DNA of 64,000 nucleotides from Acidobacteriota bacterium (GCA_965217775.1 CBDCJH010000002.1:3552001-3616000), one strand, 5' to 3'. Counted from the stretch's first letter, positions 38,615 to 51,969 are shown. Program-made: numbers and translations. The notes: generated by a model not told the origin, from the letters alone.

Positions 38615-38675
38615 TGCCGGCCGGCAAACGCCGCCGGAGGCCGGCCCCGGCGACCCCGGCCGCGGCAAGCTTGGA

Positions 38676-39992
38676 ATGAAGCTCTTTCGGGAAATCGGTC
38701 TCGCTTCCGCCATGCTCCTGGTGGTGGGGAACATCGTCGGGACCGGAATCTTCACCACCTCCGGACTCATCGCCCAGGAGATCGGGAATTCTCCGTGGCT
38801 CGTCGGAATCTGGCTGGCCGGCGGCCTGCTGTCCCTTACCGGAGCCCTCTGCTACGCCCAGTTGGGGGCCCGCACTCCCAGGGCCGGCGGGGAGTTCGCA
38901 TTTCTCTACCCGGTCTACGGTCCCCTGGTCGCATTCCTCTCCGGTTGGGCTTCCCTGATCATCGGATTCTCGGGGCCCGTGGCCGCGGCATCGCTGGGAC
39001 TCGCCATCTATCTGGAACCCTACCTGCCCCTCGCATCCGGCCCTCTGGGGAACCAGACCGTGGCGACCCTGGTTCTCCTGGCAGTCACCACTCTGCTCTC
39101 CCTGGGGCTCAAATTCGGAACCCGTCTCCATTCCACGGTGACCCTCCTGAATCTGGGACTGCTTGCTGCATTCACCTGTCTGGTGCTGGTCAACACGCGG
39201 AAGGCCGGGGTCCTTCACGAGTTGAATCCGGCCGGCGCCTGGGACCTGGAGACGCTGGTCCCCGTGGCCTCGGCTCTGCTCCTGGTCATGTTCTCCTACA
39301 GCGGTTGGAACGCTGCGGCCTACATCGCCGAGGAGATTCGGGATCCGGCCCGCAACCTCCCCAGGTCCCTGTTGCTGGGGACGGCACTGGTCACCATTCT
39401 CTACGTCGGAATCAACCTGGCCTACCTGACGGCTCTTCCCCTGGCCCAGTTGCAGGGGGAGGTGGCCGTCGCCCAGTTGGCCGCTTCGGCCGTGTTGCCC
39501 TCCGGTGAATGGATCGTGACTTTACTGATTCTGGTCTCGATCCTGAGTTCCGTCACCGCCATGTCCATCGCCGGTCCCCGAATCTATTTCGCCATGTCCC
39601 GGCAACGGCTCTTTCCTTCCTGGTTGGGTGAAGTGCACCTGAAAAAGAAAATCCCCCTGAAGGCCATCTGGTTCCAGAGCGGCATCGCCCTGGCCCTGGT
39701 CTGGATGGGGACCTTGAGGCAGATCCTGCTCTTTTCGGGATTCGTGGTCATCCTCTTTTCGGCAGTGACGGTCTCGGCGCTGCTGCGAACGCCTCTCGAC
39801 CCCGACTCCAGCCGCGGGGCCTGGATCTTGCAGCGGATTCTGCCCTGGATCTTCGTCTTGACGAGTCTTGCCATCCTGGCGAGCGTCGCGTTCTCCCATC
39901 CCGGAGAATCGCTGGCCGGCGTGGCCACGGTCTGTGCCGGGCTGCCCGTCTACTACTACTATTACCGGAGGCGTCTGGGATCGGCGCCGTAA
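38676..39992 (+). CDS. APC-family amino acid permease
   Basis: VGTGIF, YAQLG...P.AGG, YSGWN...AEE..DP.RNLP. Confidence 0.92.
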   Translation: MKLFREIGLASAMLLVVGNIVGTGIFTTSGLIAQEIGNSPWLVGIWLAGGLLSLTGALCYAQLGARTPRAGGEFAFLYPVYGPLVAFLSGWASLIIGFSGPVAAASLGLAIYLEPYLPLASGPLGNQTVATLVLLAVTTLLSLGLKFGTRLHSTVTLLNLGLLAAFTCLVLVNTRKAGVLHELNPAGAWDLETLVPVASALLLVMFSYSGWNAAAYIAEEIRDPARNLPRSLLLGTALVTILYVGINLAYLTALPLAQLQGEVAVAQLAASAVLPSGEWIVTLLILVSILSSVTAMSIAGPRIYFAMSRQRLFPSWLGEVHLKKKIPLKAIWFQSGIALALVWMGTLRQILLFSGFVVILFSAVTVSALLRTPLDPDSSRGAWILQRILPWIFVLTSLAILASVAFSHPGESLAGVATVCAGLPVYYYYYRRRLGSAP

Positions 39993-39999
39993 CGGACTG

Positions 40000-40785
40000 T
40001 TATTCCCGGATCTTCCCGGTCATGGGGACAAAGCGCACGGCGAGCACGTTCTGGCGCCGGATCCTGCCCTCTTCCTTGGTCAACAGCAGCAGCTTCTGGA
40101 CCCGTCCCGGATCACCCACGGGAATGACGAGGCGGCCTCCTTCGGCCAGTTGTTCCTGAAGGGGCTCGGGAACCCGGCCGGCCGCGGCAGTCACCAGGAT
40201 GAGGTCGAAGGGAGCCGCTTCGGGCCATCCCTGGTAACCGTCCCCCGCCCGGGCGAAAACGTTCCCGTAGCCGAGACGCTTCAGCAATGCCGCCGACCGG
40301 CGGGCCAGCTCGGGGACGATCTCTATGGTGTAGACCCGATCGACCAGCTCCGCCAGGACCGCCGCCTGGTAGCCGGACCCGGTTCCGATTTCCAGGGCCC
40401 GGGCACCCTCTCTCGGATCCGCCAACTGGGTCATCAGAGCAACGATGTAGGGCTGGGAAATGGTCTGTCCCAGGCCGATGGGCAGCGGGTGGTCCTCGTA
40501 CGCGAGATGCTTCACGGTCTGGGGAACGAACTCGTGCCTGGGAACCTTGCCCATGGCCTCCAGGACCCGACTGTCCCAGATGTCTCGAGAACGGAGCTGG
40601 GTCGCCACCATCTCCCGGCGCAGCCGGGGGTAGTCGGCGGCCGCGGAGGCGGAATCCCCGGAGTCCTGGGAACCGCAGGAAGCGGCCAGCGGGAACAGAA
40701 GGACAATCAACACCAGCGGGATCCCCCCGGTCCGAGACCGGAAACCGAAGATGACCCGATCACCCCTGCCGCGCGATCCAAGCAT
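40000..40785 (-). CDS. pcm: Protein-L-isoaspartate O-methyltransferase
   Basis: VPRHEFV, QTISQPYIVA, LEIGTGSGYQAA, VRFVPM; start uncertain, lipobox-like N-terminus. Confidence 0.93.
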   Translation of the reverse strand: MLGSRGRGDRVIFGFRSRTGGIPLVLIVLLFPLAASCGSQDSGDSASAAADYPRLRREMVATQLRSRDIWDSRVLEAMGKVPRHEFVPQTVKHLAYEDHPLPIGLGQTISQPYIVALMTQLADPREGARALEIGTGSGYQAAVLAELVDRVYTIEIVPELARRSAALLKRLGYGNVFARAGDGYQGWPEAAPFDLILVTAAAGRVPEPLQEQLAEGGRLVIPVGDPGRVQKLLLLTKEEGRIRRQNVLAVRFVPMTGKIRE

Positions 40786-40849
40786 GAGTTTCTCCCATGA
40801 ATTCGCCGGGCCGCCGCCCAGTGCGGAAGCTCCTATTTTCTCTTTCCTC

Positions 40850-43537
40850 TCAAAAGGAGTACTTGAGTGCGACTTCGATCTCCCGGGAGCGGTGAGCTCC
40901 GAAGATCTTTCCGAAGAGCGAGGTCCCGACCACGGCGTTGGGCCGGAGGAAGTTCACCTGGTTGAAGGCGTTGAAGAGTTCCACGCGAAGCTCCACCAGA
41001 TCTCCGTTGATCAGCCGGGTCTGCTTGATCAGGCTGATATCCCACGCGTGATAACCCGGTCGCCTCAGGATGTTTCGGCCGGAATTGCCGAAGGAAAAGG
41101 GAGCCGGTTCGGCAAAGTCTTCCACCTGGAACCACATGTCCACCGAGGATTCGAACCGGTCGCTCGGCGTCATGGCAATCCGGTCCGCCCGGTCTCCTCC
41201 AAGTCCATCGTTGTTCCCGTCCCCCGGGCCGTAAACGCTGAAGGGTGTCCCGTCCTGGATGCGGGTGATGCCCGATAGCCGCCAACCGTCCACCAGTTGC
41301 AGCAACGGGTTTCGTCCCTCCGCACCCAGTGTCCGCTCCCTTCCCGGTGGCAGGTCGATGATGTAGTTCAAGGAGAACTGCCGAATGGGGACCCCTCGGG
41401 CGGAAGCTCGTTCGGCCTTCAGATTCCGAGGGTTCGACGGTTCCCACCGATAGCGATCGTCCAGCGAACGGTGCAACGTAAAGGCGGAACGGAGGGACAT
41501 GCCGTCGCTCAGACGCCGCTCCGCCGACAGATTCATCCGGTGGCTGTTCCCGGCGGAACCACCGGTCAAGATCCGAAACCGGCCGAATGCCGGATTCGGT
41601 CGCCGAGACTGGATCGGACCCGGCGCCGGCAGGGGGACGTTTCCCGGGAGGACCCGGCTCCACCCGGTTCTCTTGTTTCCATAGTAGGAGGCCCGCAGAT
41701 GCCACACCTCCTGGAAGTCGTTCTCGAGAGTCAACGCCCAGGTCTGCACGTAAGGCGTCCTCAGTCCGGTCTCGATCCCGCGGACCACCAGTTCGGGAGG
41801 CGCCACGTTCTCGAAGGGGTTCGCCAGATCCAGATCGGGACTGTCCACTGGGGATTGGGCGCTCTCCGTGTAGTAGAAAGGAAAGTTCTTCCCCAGATAG
41901 CGGCTGAAAGAACTGCTCCCCACCACCGAATAGTAGAGGGAATACGAAGCCCGCAATACCAATCGGTTGGTCCTGAAGGGTTTGTAGGACAACCCGATCC
42001 GGGGAGCCCAGTCGTTGCGATCGGGGAACACCAAGCCGCCCCGCCCCGCCCTCTCCAGACCGAGAGCCCGGGCTTCGAAGCTGTCGGCCACGACGATCCG
42101 ACCTGTGGTCGGGGGCTCGAAAAGGAGCGGAAAGAAACCGGAAATGGTGTCGCTGGTGGACCGGTAGGGAGACGCGTAATGGTAGGCAACCCCTCCTGTC
42201 AGCGCCAGAATCGGACTCAACCGCCAGCGGTCCCGGATATAGGCCTGCCACTGGTTGCGGCGCAAGTCGGTCCGGTCCGATCCGACCGTCCGGGAGGCCA
42301 CACTGGGTAAACCCAGAACGAAATCCGCAAACCCGTCACCGGTGTAGAACCCGCTGAATTCGAATTCGCCGCGGCCACGGCCTTCGATGTGCGTGTCGTT
42401 GACCTGGCGTTTGGTCAGGCTCGTTCCCATGGTCAGGGTGTGATCCCCGAGCGCCGTAGTGGTGGAGAACGAAGCGGAGTACCGGTTGCTGAGCCATTTG
42501 TAGGGAGACGACGTATCCCCGAAGGATGCGTAACCCGTGACCTCGAAGTCCGGGTATCCTTCGGTCAGGGCATCGGGAGCGGCCAGTCCCAAAATCCCCA
42601 CCGAATCCACCAGACCCACCTGGCCGGAGTTGGGAGACACGCTCAGGCTCAGGTAGCGGTTGTAGCCGATGGAGCCTTCGGTGACCCAGCGGGTTCCCAA
42701 GGTCCGGTTGTGGGAGAGGCTCACGGATTGGCTCCGGAGCGTGCGATTCCAGCCGAAGGAGGGGAGCGGATGAACCGTCTTCCCGTCACCGTCGGTCAGC
42801 GCGTACTGGAGGTAGCTCCTGGCATCGTCGTCGCCGGTATAGTCGAAACGAAAGAGGTAGGTATCCCGGTTGGTCACCCGGGGCTGGTTGTTGACGAAGT
42901 TCCGGTCGGGGTCCGGGCTGTTGGGATCGGGAATGACCGGGAACAGGTTCTTGGCGACCGGATGCAAACGACTCTGAGGAATCTGGTTTCCTGGAAATGG
43001 CTCTCCCGTCACCGGATCGACGATGGGAGCCTCGAGGCTGCTGAAATCGCCCAGCTTCATCTCCGGTGCCGGCACATGTGAGAGCAGGGTCGAACCCTTG
43101 ATGATGCGCAGGCTCCGGAGACTACCGAACAGGTTGATCTTTTCTCCGACCCGAACCCCCAGGCTGGCCCCGAACTCGTTCCTCTTGTACTCCGGGAGCG
43201 GCTGCCCTCCGGGGTCGAAGAAATTTCGGGCGTCGAGGTTGTCGTTCCGGTGAAACCAGTACACCGAGCCGTTCAGTCTCCCGGACTGTTTGGCGGGAAA
43301 CGGATTGACCATCTCCGCCAGCGAGGGTCTCGAGGTCGAGACGGCCGTTTGGCGGGCCAGTCGGATCTGGTAGTCGCGGATCTGATCCAGGGGGCTCTTC
43401 CCGGAACCGGCGCCACTCCCCTGGGAAGCTGCTTCGCCCGGCTTGGGCTTGGCCCGGGCCGTACCCTGATCCCAGATGCCGAATACGAGCCCAAAGACGA
43501 GCACCGAGTTCAAGACTCGAGATCCACCGGTGCCCAT
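40850..43537 (-). CDS. Oar-like TonB-dependent receptor barrel with shortened N-terminus
   Basis: FHRNDNLDARNFF, WAPRIG.SY, FGN.GRNIL..PG, E.FN.FN..NF, C-terminal LKYSF. Confidence 0.85.
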   Translation of the reverse strand: MGTGGSRVLNSVLVFGLVFGIWDQGTARAKPKPGEAASQGSGAGSGKSPLDQIRDYQIRLARQTAVSTSRPSLAEMVNPFPAKQSGRLNGSVYWFHRNDNLDARNFFDPGGQPLPEYKRNEFGASLGVRVGEKINLFGSLRSLRIIKGSTLLSHVPAPEMKLGDFSSLEAPIVDPVTGEPFPGNQIPQSRLHPVAKNLFPVIPDPNSPDPDRNFVNNQPRVTNRDTYLFRFDYTGDDDARSYLQYALTDGDGKTVHPLPSFGWNRTLRSQSVSLSHNRTLGTRWVTEGSIGYNRYLSLSVSPNSGQVGLVDSVGILGLAAPDALTEGYPDFEVTGYASFGDTSSPYKWLSNRYSASFSTTTALGDHTLTMGTSLTKRQVNDTHIEGRGRGEFEFSGFYTGDGFADFVLGLPSVASRTVGSDRTDLRRNQWQAYIRDRWRLSPILALTGGVAYHYASPYRSTSDTISGFFPLLFEPPTTGRIVVADSFEARALGLERAGRGGLVFPDRNDWAPRIGLSYKPFRTNRLVLRASYSLYYSVVGSSSFSRYLGKNFPFYYTESAQSPVDSPDLDLANPFENVAPPELVVRGIETGLRTPYVQTWALTLENDFQEVWHLRASYYGNKRTGWSRVLPGNVPLPAPGPIQSRRPNPAFGRFRILTGGSAGNSHRMNLSAERRLSDGMSLRSAFTLHRSLDDRYRWEPSNPRNLKAERASARGVPIRQFSLNYIIDLPPGRERTLGAEGRNPLLQLVDGWRLSGITRIQDGTPFSVYGPGDGNNDGLGGDRADRIAMTPSDRFESSVDMWFQVEDFAEPAPFSFGNSGRNILRRPGYHAWDISLIKQTRLINGDLVELRVELFNAFNQVNFLRPNAVVGTSLFGKIFGAHRSREIEVALKYSF

Positions 43538-43599
43538 CCAGGCTCCATGATGCGGGTTCTGCTTGCGGAACGAAGGACTTGCAGAGCGATCGGATGGGA

Positions 43600-44331
43600 T
43601 CACAACACGAGCGCCCCTTCCACCAACATGTCGGAAACCGGAAAATTGACGCGCAACCGTCGGTACACCGACGGGATGTTGACCTCGAAGTTGACTTCCT
43701 TCTGGTCCGGCGAAACCACCGCAACACCGTCGATCCGGCGGGGAAAGACGAACTTGGCCCCCACTGCCTCCTCTCTGGGGGGAAAGTAGGCGGCCAGTTC
43801 GATTCGCGGAAAGCCCTCGGTGGCCAGATACGCCCGGTCTCTCATGGTCTCCAGCGTTTGGGAATCGAAGAAGCGCTTCACGCTGAGCTCCATGTTGGGG
43901 TTGTTGGACCGGAAGCTGATGGTGACCACGATCCAACGGCTCACGTCCATATTCAGACCGGGGGCGATGCCGGCATCGAGACGGCGCTTCTCTGCCTGCG
44001 TCATCTCGTCATAGCCGTTCTGGAGTTGCTGAACACGGGCATAGGCCCGGCGGATGGGCGGGGCCGAAAGCAGCCGGACGAAGAAGGTATTGAAGATTTC
44101 CTTCTCCCCATGAATCCCGCTGCCCACACCCCCGACGACTCGGGTATAGGTCTGTTTCCGGGCCCAGGGAGACCGGTTCAGGATCCGGGTGGCTTCGGCC
44201 AGAGTCCAACTGGAATAATCCCTGCTCAGGATCTGCGTGGCGTCCGGGACGGCGGCGCCGGCCGACAGACAGAGCAGCAAGATCAGACCCGTTCGCAGCA
44301 GCAATGGAACTCCTCTAAAGATCCCGGTCAA
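43600..44331 (-). CDS. Hypothetical secreted protein
   Basis: Signal peptide, W...EA..IL..SPWA; directly upstream of the receptor gene. Confidence 0.75.
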   Translation of the reverse strand: MTGIFRGVPLLLRTGLILLLCLSAGAAVPDATQILSRDYSSWTLAEATRILNRSPWARKQTYTRVVGGVGSGIHGEKEIFNTFFVRLLSAPPIRRAYARVQQLQNGYDEMTQAEKRRLDAGIAPGLNMDVSRWIVVTISFRSNNPNMELSVKRFFDSQTLETMRDRAYLATEGFPRIELAAYFPPREEAVGAKFVFPRRIDGVAVVSPDQKEVNFEVNIPSVYRRLRVNFPVSDMLVEGALVL

Positions 44332-44474
44332 TCCCCTCAGTCAGGAACTCGCACTCCGCCGGGCCGCGCCTGTCACACTCGGCGACGGCTTGGAATCAGC
44401 TTAACATACGGGTCTGCCCGCTCCCGAAAGACGGGCGGAATGAGGACTGAAATACGGTCTGACGACGGTGCCCG

Positions 44475-46010
44475 TCAGGTGCCGGACGGGCCGATGGTTT
44501 CGGGCTTGTAGCCTCCCCGCGAGCGGAAATAGGCGATCAGGATCAGATAGCAGGCCAGCATGACGAGGGGGAGCACCGCGATCCGGGCCAGCGTCCCCTG
44601 TTTGGAGACCACCACTACGTCGCCGACCCGTTCCCGGCTCTCCTGGTCGAGACTTCCCAGGGCGGACTGATCCAAGGAGTTGTACCGCCCCAGAAGTCCC
44701 AGTTTCTCGGTCATGACCTGGGCGTGCAGGGCCTGGTCCTCCTGCTTCATCATGCGATCGAACGCCTGGTCCTGAAAGGTGCCGATCAGGGGTCCGCCCA
44801 GAACCCCCACCGCCAGCATCCCGACCCCCGCGATGGCGTTCAGGGTCAAGGCCCCGCCGCGGGGAAAGGACTCGCTCACGACTCCCAGAGTCGCCGGCCA
44901 GAAGAAGGTCTTGCCCACGCCGTAGAGAGTGGCGGCCAGGAAGACCACGGAGGCGGCCTGGCCGGCGGCGGACAGCCAGAAGAGGCCGGCCGCGGCGATG
45001 AGGGCCGATACGGCCAGCAGGCCCAAGGGGGAGATGCGGTGGGTGATGGGACCCGCGAAGAAGCGAAGGATGAACATGATGAGGGAGGTGTAGATCAGAA
45101 CCAGGGCGCCGGCGTTGGGACTGGCCAGCACGTAGCTCATGAGGTCGGCGATCCAACTGTCGGTCCCCAGCTCGGTGGTCGCCAGGGGCATCATGATCAG
45201 CAGCAGGAAGACGAACATGGGCCGTCCCAGCGAGCGGACGAAGTACAGGAACGCGGCCGTCGGCGCCACGACCAGCCCCACCTTCAGCCAGGGCTCGAGC
45301 GCGCTCTGGTGGACCAGCAGGATCTGATCCAGTCCCTGCACCAGCAGATAGCAGACGATCAGGCAGCTCGCCGCACCGAATTCCCGGAGCATGTCCAGGT
45401 ACGGCACTCCGGCGGCCACCCGCTCCTGGACGGGAAACTTCCGGCCCAGCAGCAGGAACCCGTAGAGGACGGTGGGAATCACCACCAGCCCCACCTTCCA
45501 CTGCCAGAGATTGCCGGGAAGTCCTCCCAGGGTGTCCCCCGTTCCCAGGGTCATGGCCAGGAGCCCGCCCAGGACCAGGCCTCCGGGCCAGCCGGCGTGG
45601 AGCACGCTCAGGTAGTGAGTCTTCTGCTTGTCGTAGATGGTGGCCACCACCGGATTGATCACCGCTTCGACGATCCCGTTGGAGAGGGCGAACAGGAAGG
45701 TGCCCAGGTAGAGAGTCGAGAAGTCTTCGGCGAAGATGGTGATCACGGCCGACGCCAGGTGACCCGCGAAAGCGAGCACCATGGAGAATCCGTAACCGAT
45801 CCGGTCCACCACCAGACTGAAGAGAATGATGGAGATGGCGAAAGGGTAGAGCCCGGCTCCCACCAGGTACCCGATCTGCTCTCCGCTGAGATTGAACTGG
45901 GCCCGCCAGTCATCCAGGATCATGGCCCGCACCACGAATCCGAACGCGGTGGCCACCAGCGCAAAGAAACACCCCAGAAACAGCCTTCGCCCGCCGATTC
46001 CATTCGACAT
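44475..46010 (-). CDS. MFS transporter (probably sugar)
   Basis: About 12 TM segments, EAVINP, LHAGWPGG, TELGT, FFWP..LG. Confidence 0.9.
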   Translation of the reverse strand: MSNGIGGRRLFLGCFFALVATAFGFVVRAMILDDWRAQFNLSGEQIGYLVGAGLYPFAISIILFSLVVDRIGYGFSMVLAFAGHLASAVITIFAEDFSTLYLGTFLFALSNGIVEAVINPVVATIYDKQKTHYLSVLHAGWPGGLVLGGLLAMTLGTGDTLGGLPGNLWQWKVGLVVIPTVLYGFLLLGRKFPVQERVAAGVPYLDMLREFGAASCLIVCYLLVQGLDQILLVHQSALEPWLKVGLVVAPTAAFLYFVRSLGRPMFVFLLLIMMPLATTELGTDSWIADLMSYVLASPNAGALVLIYTSLIMFILRFFAGPITHRISPLGLLAVSALIAAAGLFWLSAAGQAASVVFLAATLYGVGKTFFWPATLGVVSESFPRGGALTLNAIAGVGMLAVGVLGGPLIGTFQDQAFDRMMKQEDQALHAQVMTEKLGLLGRYNSLDQSALGSLDQESRERVGDVVVVSKQGTLARIAVLPLVMLACYLILIAYFRSRGGYKPETIGPSGT

Positions 46011-46206
46011 GAGTTCACCTTTCCTCTGAACCGGATCAATGCATGGCAGCCCGGAAGGGACCGCTCCGACGTCTCCGAAAGTTTGAGCCCGCCGCCGCCA
46101 AGTGTCAATCGCCGCCCCCCTCTCTCCTCTTTCCTCTTTTCACTTTCCTTTCCGCCTTGGTACGATCTGGTCCCGGCCTGGATGCCGGGCGACCAGACCA
46201 CGCGAG

Positions 46207-48675
46207 ATGGAGACCACCTGCGTCATTCTCTGCGGCGGACACGGTAGGCGCATGGGCTCCTCCCGGCACCACAAGGTCTGTTTTCCCATCGCCGGCGTTC
46301 CTGCCATCGTTCGCATCATCGACACCCTCAAGGCCGCCGGTCTGAAGCATTTTCTGCTGGTTGTGGGCCAACAGGCCGTCGACGTCATGGAGACGGTGAC
46401 CCGGGTCCACCCCGATGTCTCCTTCGCCTACCAACCCGAAGCCCTGGGGACGGGGCATGCGGCCGGGTGCGCCGCCCGGGTCCTTCGCGACCGGCGTGCC
46501 GGCGGCGACATCCTGATCACCATGGGAGACAAGGTCATTCAGACGCAAGTGGTGAGAGACCTGATGGAACGCCACCGGGCGGAGGCCGCCGACCTGACGC
46601 TTGCGGCTCTTGCCAAGGAGCCGGACAGCACCGCCGGCCGGATCCTGCTGGACTCGGAGTCACGGCCTCTCGCCGTGGTCGAGCTGGCCGATATTCGCCG
46701 CTCATTGGAGACCGGAGTCCCCATCACGGTCGCGGGACAGGAGATTTCCGGCGCCGAAGCCGAGGCCGGGAGCCGAATGCTCAACACCTCCCTCTACCTC
46801 TTCAGAGCCGAAACCCTGCACGCCTCCCTGTCGGGCCTCGCGGCCGACAACGCCCAACAGGAACTCTATCTGACGGACACGGTCGAGCAGGTTTCGGGAA
46901 CCGGGGGCACGACCTCGGTCCTGGAGGTGGCCGACCCGCAGGACCTCATGGGCTTCAACACCCCGGAGGAGCTGCTCCGGATCGAGGAGTCCTTGGGTCG
47001 GCGCAGGATCATCGGCGGAGGTCCGGCGGAGCCTCTCCCCCGGATCGACCCGGGCCGTCTGAAACCGGCCGGCGAATGGCTCGAGATCCTGGACCGGAAA
47101 CCCCCGTCCCTGCGGCGTTCCCTCGCCCGGGTCTACGGCTTGGACGGAGTCCTGCCGGAGCCGCGCATTCGCGCCTGCCGGCGCCTGCTGGAACGGTTCG
47201 TCGACAGCCATGGCGCCTCTCGTCCCGTGGTCCTGGCCCGAGCCCCGGGCCGCCTCAACCTCATGGGACGGCACGTGGACCACCGGGGCGGCTACGTGAA
47301 TACCATGGCCATCAACCGGGAAATCCTGTTGGCGGCCTCTCCCCGGGACGACGACAGCGTCAGCCTTCGGCACCTCTCTTCGGACGAATTTCCCGAAAGG
47401 ACCTTTCGCATCCGCGATCTGCTGCCGGACACCGACTGGCTCGCCTGGATGGACTTCATCAGTTCCTATACCGTCAACCAGTTTCTCAGCGTCTCGCGGG
47501 GTGACTGGAGCAACTACGCCCGGGCCGCCGTGCTGAGACTCCAGCACGCCTACCCGCACCGCAGGTTGCGGGGGATGGACTGCGTGGTCTGGGGGGACAT
47601 CCCGCTGGGGGCCGGCCTCTCCAGCAGTTCGGCTCTGGTGGTGGCCATGGCGGAGGCGTCGGTGGCCCTCAACCAGTTGGCTCTGAGCACGCGGCAATTC
47701 GTGGATCTGTGCGGCGAGGGGGAATGGTTCGTCGGGTCCCGGGGCGGCATCGCCGACCAGGCCGCCATCCGGGGCGGGGAGAGGGACAAGGTCAGCAAGA
47801 TCGGGTTCTTTCCGTTCCGGATCGAAGAGACCATCGCCCTGCCCCGGGAGCTGTCGGTCATCATCGCCAACAGCCAGGCCGCCGTATCCAAGAGCCATGA
47901 GGCCAGGCACACCTTCAATCACCGGGTGGCCTGCTACGACCTGGCCGAGATGCTGCTGCGCAGGAATGCGTCCTTCCTGGCGTCCATGAAACACCTCAGG
48001 GATCTGGACCCCAGGAAGCTGGGTCTGTCCAGGTCCGAGATCTACCGCCTGCTGAAGCAACTGCCCCGGGAAACCGACCGGCAGAGCCTTCTGAAGCAGT
48101 TGCCCGACCAGACCGATCGAGTCCGGGAGATCTTCTCGACCCACGACGACTTGGGGAAATATCCCCTGCGAGGCGTCGCCCTCTTCGGCATCACCGAGTG
48201 CCGGCGGAGCGATCGCTTCTCTCGTCTCCTGAAGGACCGCGAGTTTTCCCAGATCGGAGAAATGATGCGGGTCAGCCACGACGGCGACCGCATCGTCCGG
48301 CATCACCGGGGCCGATCCCGGCCTTACGCTGCGGCATGTGACGATCGGAAATTGGACCGCCTGATCCGGGAATCCTTCTCCCTGGACTCCGCCAGGAAGG
48401 AGCACGCCAGCCTCTGGATGCAGCCGGGGAGCTACTCCTGCTCCACTCCGAAGATCGATCGGATCGTGGATCTGGCCAGCGCCCAACCCGGGGTCGTGGG
48501 GGCTCAACTGTCCGGCGCGGGTCTGGGGGGCTGCGCCATGATACTGGTCCGAACCGAGGCCGTGGAGCGGACTCTGGACCATCTGACCCGCACCTTTTAT
48601 GAGGCCCAGGGCCTGGAGGTCGAGGCCTACGTCTGCCGGCCGGTGGCGGGAAGCGGTCTCATCGACTGCCGTTGA
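46207..48675 (+). CDS. GlmU-like NTP transferase fused to galactokinase-family GHMP kinase
   Basis: ILCGGHG.RM...K, QPE.LGTGHA, N.Q.E.YLTD, then APGRLNLMG.HVD, P.GAGLSSSSA, GAGLGGC. Confidence 0.88.
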   Translation: METTCVILCGGHGRRMGSSRHHKVCFPIAGVPAIVRIIDTLKAAGLKHFLLVVGQQAVDVMETVTRVHPDVSFAYQPEALGTGHAAGCAARVLRDRRAGGDILITMGDKVIQTQVVRDLMERHRAEAADLTLAALAKEPDSTAGRILLDSESRPLAVVELADIRRSLETGVPITVAGQEISGAEAEAGSRMLNTSLYLFRAETLHASLSGLAADNAQQELYLTDTVEQVSGTGGTTSVLEVADPQDLMGFNTPEELLRIEESLGRRRIIGGGPAEPLPRIDPGRLKPAGEWLEILDRKPPSLRRSLARVYGLDGVLPEPRIRACRRLLERFVDSHGASRPVVLARAPGRLNLMGRHVDHRGGYVNTMAINREILLAASPRDDDSVSLRHLSSDEFPERTFRIRDLLPDTDWLAWMDFISSYTVNQFLSVSRGDWSNYARAAVLRLQHAYPHRRLRGMDCVVWGDIPLGAGLSSSSALVVAMAEASVALNQLALSTRQFVDLCGEGEWFVGSRGGIADQAAIRGGERDKVSKIGFFPFRIEETIALPRELSVIIANSQAAVSKSHEARHTFNHRVACYDLAEMLLRRNASFLASMKHLRDLDPRKLGLSRSEIYRLLKQLPRETDRQSLLKQLPDQTDRVREIFSTHDDLGKYPLRGVALFGITECRRSDRFSRLLKDREFSQIGEMMRVSHDGDRIVRHHRGRSRPYAAACDDRKLDRLIRESFSLDSARKEHASLWMQPGSYSCSTPKIDRIVDLASAQPGVVGAQLSGAGLGGCAMILVRTEAVERTLDHLTRTFYEAQGLEVEAYVCRPVAGSGLIDCR

Positions 48676-48700
48676 CCCGCGGGAGGAAAGACGAGAAGAG

Positions 48701-49836
48701 ATGGAATCCACACGGTATGAAGGTCGAGACTATCGGACCGGCAGACCCGTCTCCGTCGGCGTGAAGGGTGAGACCATCACCGATGTGCGGCCGGAGAACC
48801 GCGCCGAGCCTGGTCTCTGGACCGCTCCGGCCCTGTTGGACATCCAGCTCAACGGCTTCGGCGGCTACGGATTCAACGAAGCGGAGACCTCGCCGGAATC
48901 GGTGGCGCAGGTGGTCCGGAGTCAGTGGCGGGCCGGAATCGGCGCCTTCCTCCCTACCGTGACCACCCACTCCCAGGAACGGATGCTTCATTCCGTGAGA
49001 GCCGTCACCGAGGCTTGCCGCGATCCCCGGATCCGCCGCTCGATCCTGGGAATCCACTTGGAGGGTCCCCACATCTCACCCCTGGACGGTCCCCGGGGAG
49101 CCCACCCGCTGGAACATGTCCGGCTTCCCGCGTGGGACGAATTTCTCCGTATGCAGGAAGCTGCCGACGGGCGAATCCTCCTGGTGACGCTGGCGTCGGA
49201 GCTGGACGGGGCCATCCCCTTCATCGAGCGCCTGGTGGACGCAGGCGTGGTGGCCGCCATCGGTCACACCAACGCCTCGGCACACGATCTGGACGCCGCC
49301 ATCGAGGCCGGCGCCCGGCTCTCGACCCACCTGGGAAACGGCGCCCACTCGTTGCTTCCCCGGCATCCCAACTACATCTGGGAGCAACTGTCCAGAGACC
49401 AACTCGACTGCAGCGTCATCGCCGACGGTCACCACCTCCCCGCTTCCGTTCTCAAATGCATTCTGCGCTGCAAGGGAGTGAAGCGCACCATCCTCATCAG
49501 CGACGCCATCACCCCGGCCGGACTGCCTCCCGGCACCTATCCGGCGGCGGGGGGAGAGGTGGAGGTGAACCCCCACGGCCGAATCTCCCTGGCCGGAACG
49601 CCGTACCTGGCCGGCGCCGGAGCCCATCTGGGCCAGGGCGTCTCCAACCTGGTCCGAATGGGAGTGGCATCGCGCCGGGACGCCCTCCGGATGGCCAGTC
49701 TCCATCCCGCCCGGCTCCTCGGTCGAGACGACCGGATGGGAGCCTTGGAAGCGGGAAAGCTGGCCAACCTGATTCAGTTCTCGTGGACGGAAGAGGGGAT
49801 CCGCGTCCATCGAACCATGGTCGGCGGTCAGGTGGT

Positions 49837-49858
<22 letters not shown>
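48701..49858 (+). CDS. nagA: N-acetylglucosamine-6-phosphate deacetylase family
   Basis: DIQLNG, HLEGP, GAH, GHT.A, THLGNG, IADGHH, SDA. Confidence 0.88.

Positions 49859-51969
<2,111 letters not shown>

Noticed and set aside
39992-40002. MITE A right-end remnant ACGGACTGTTA between convergent stops
   Set aside because: Only about 11 bp; could be chance.
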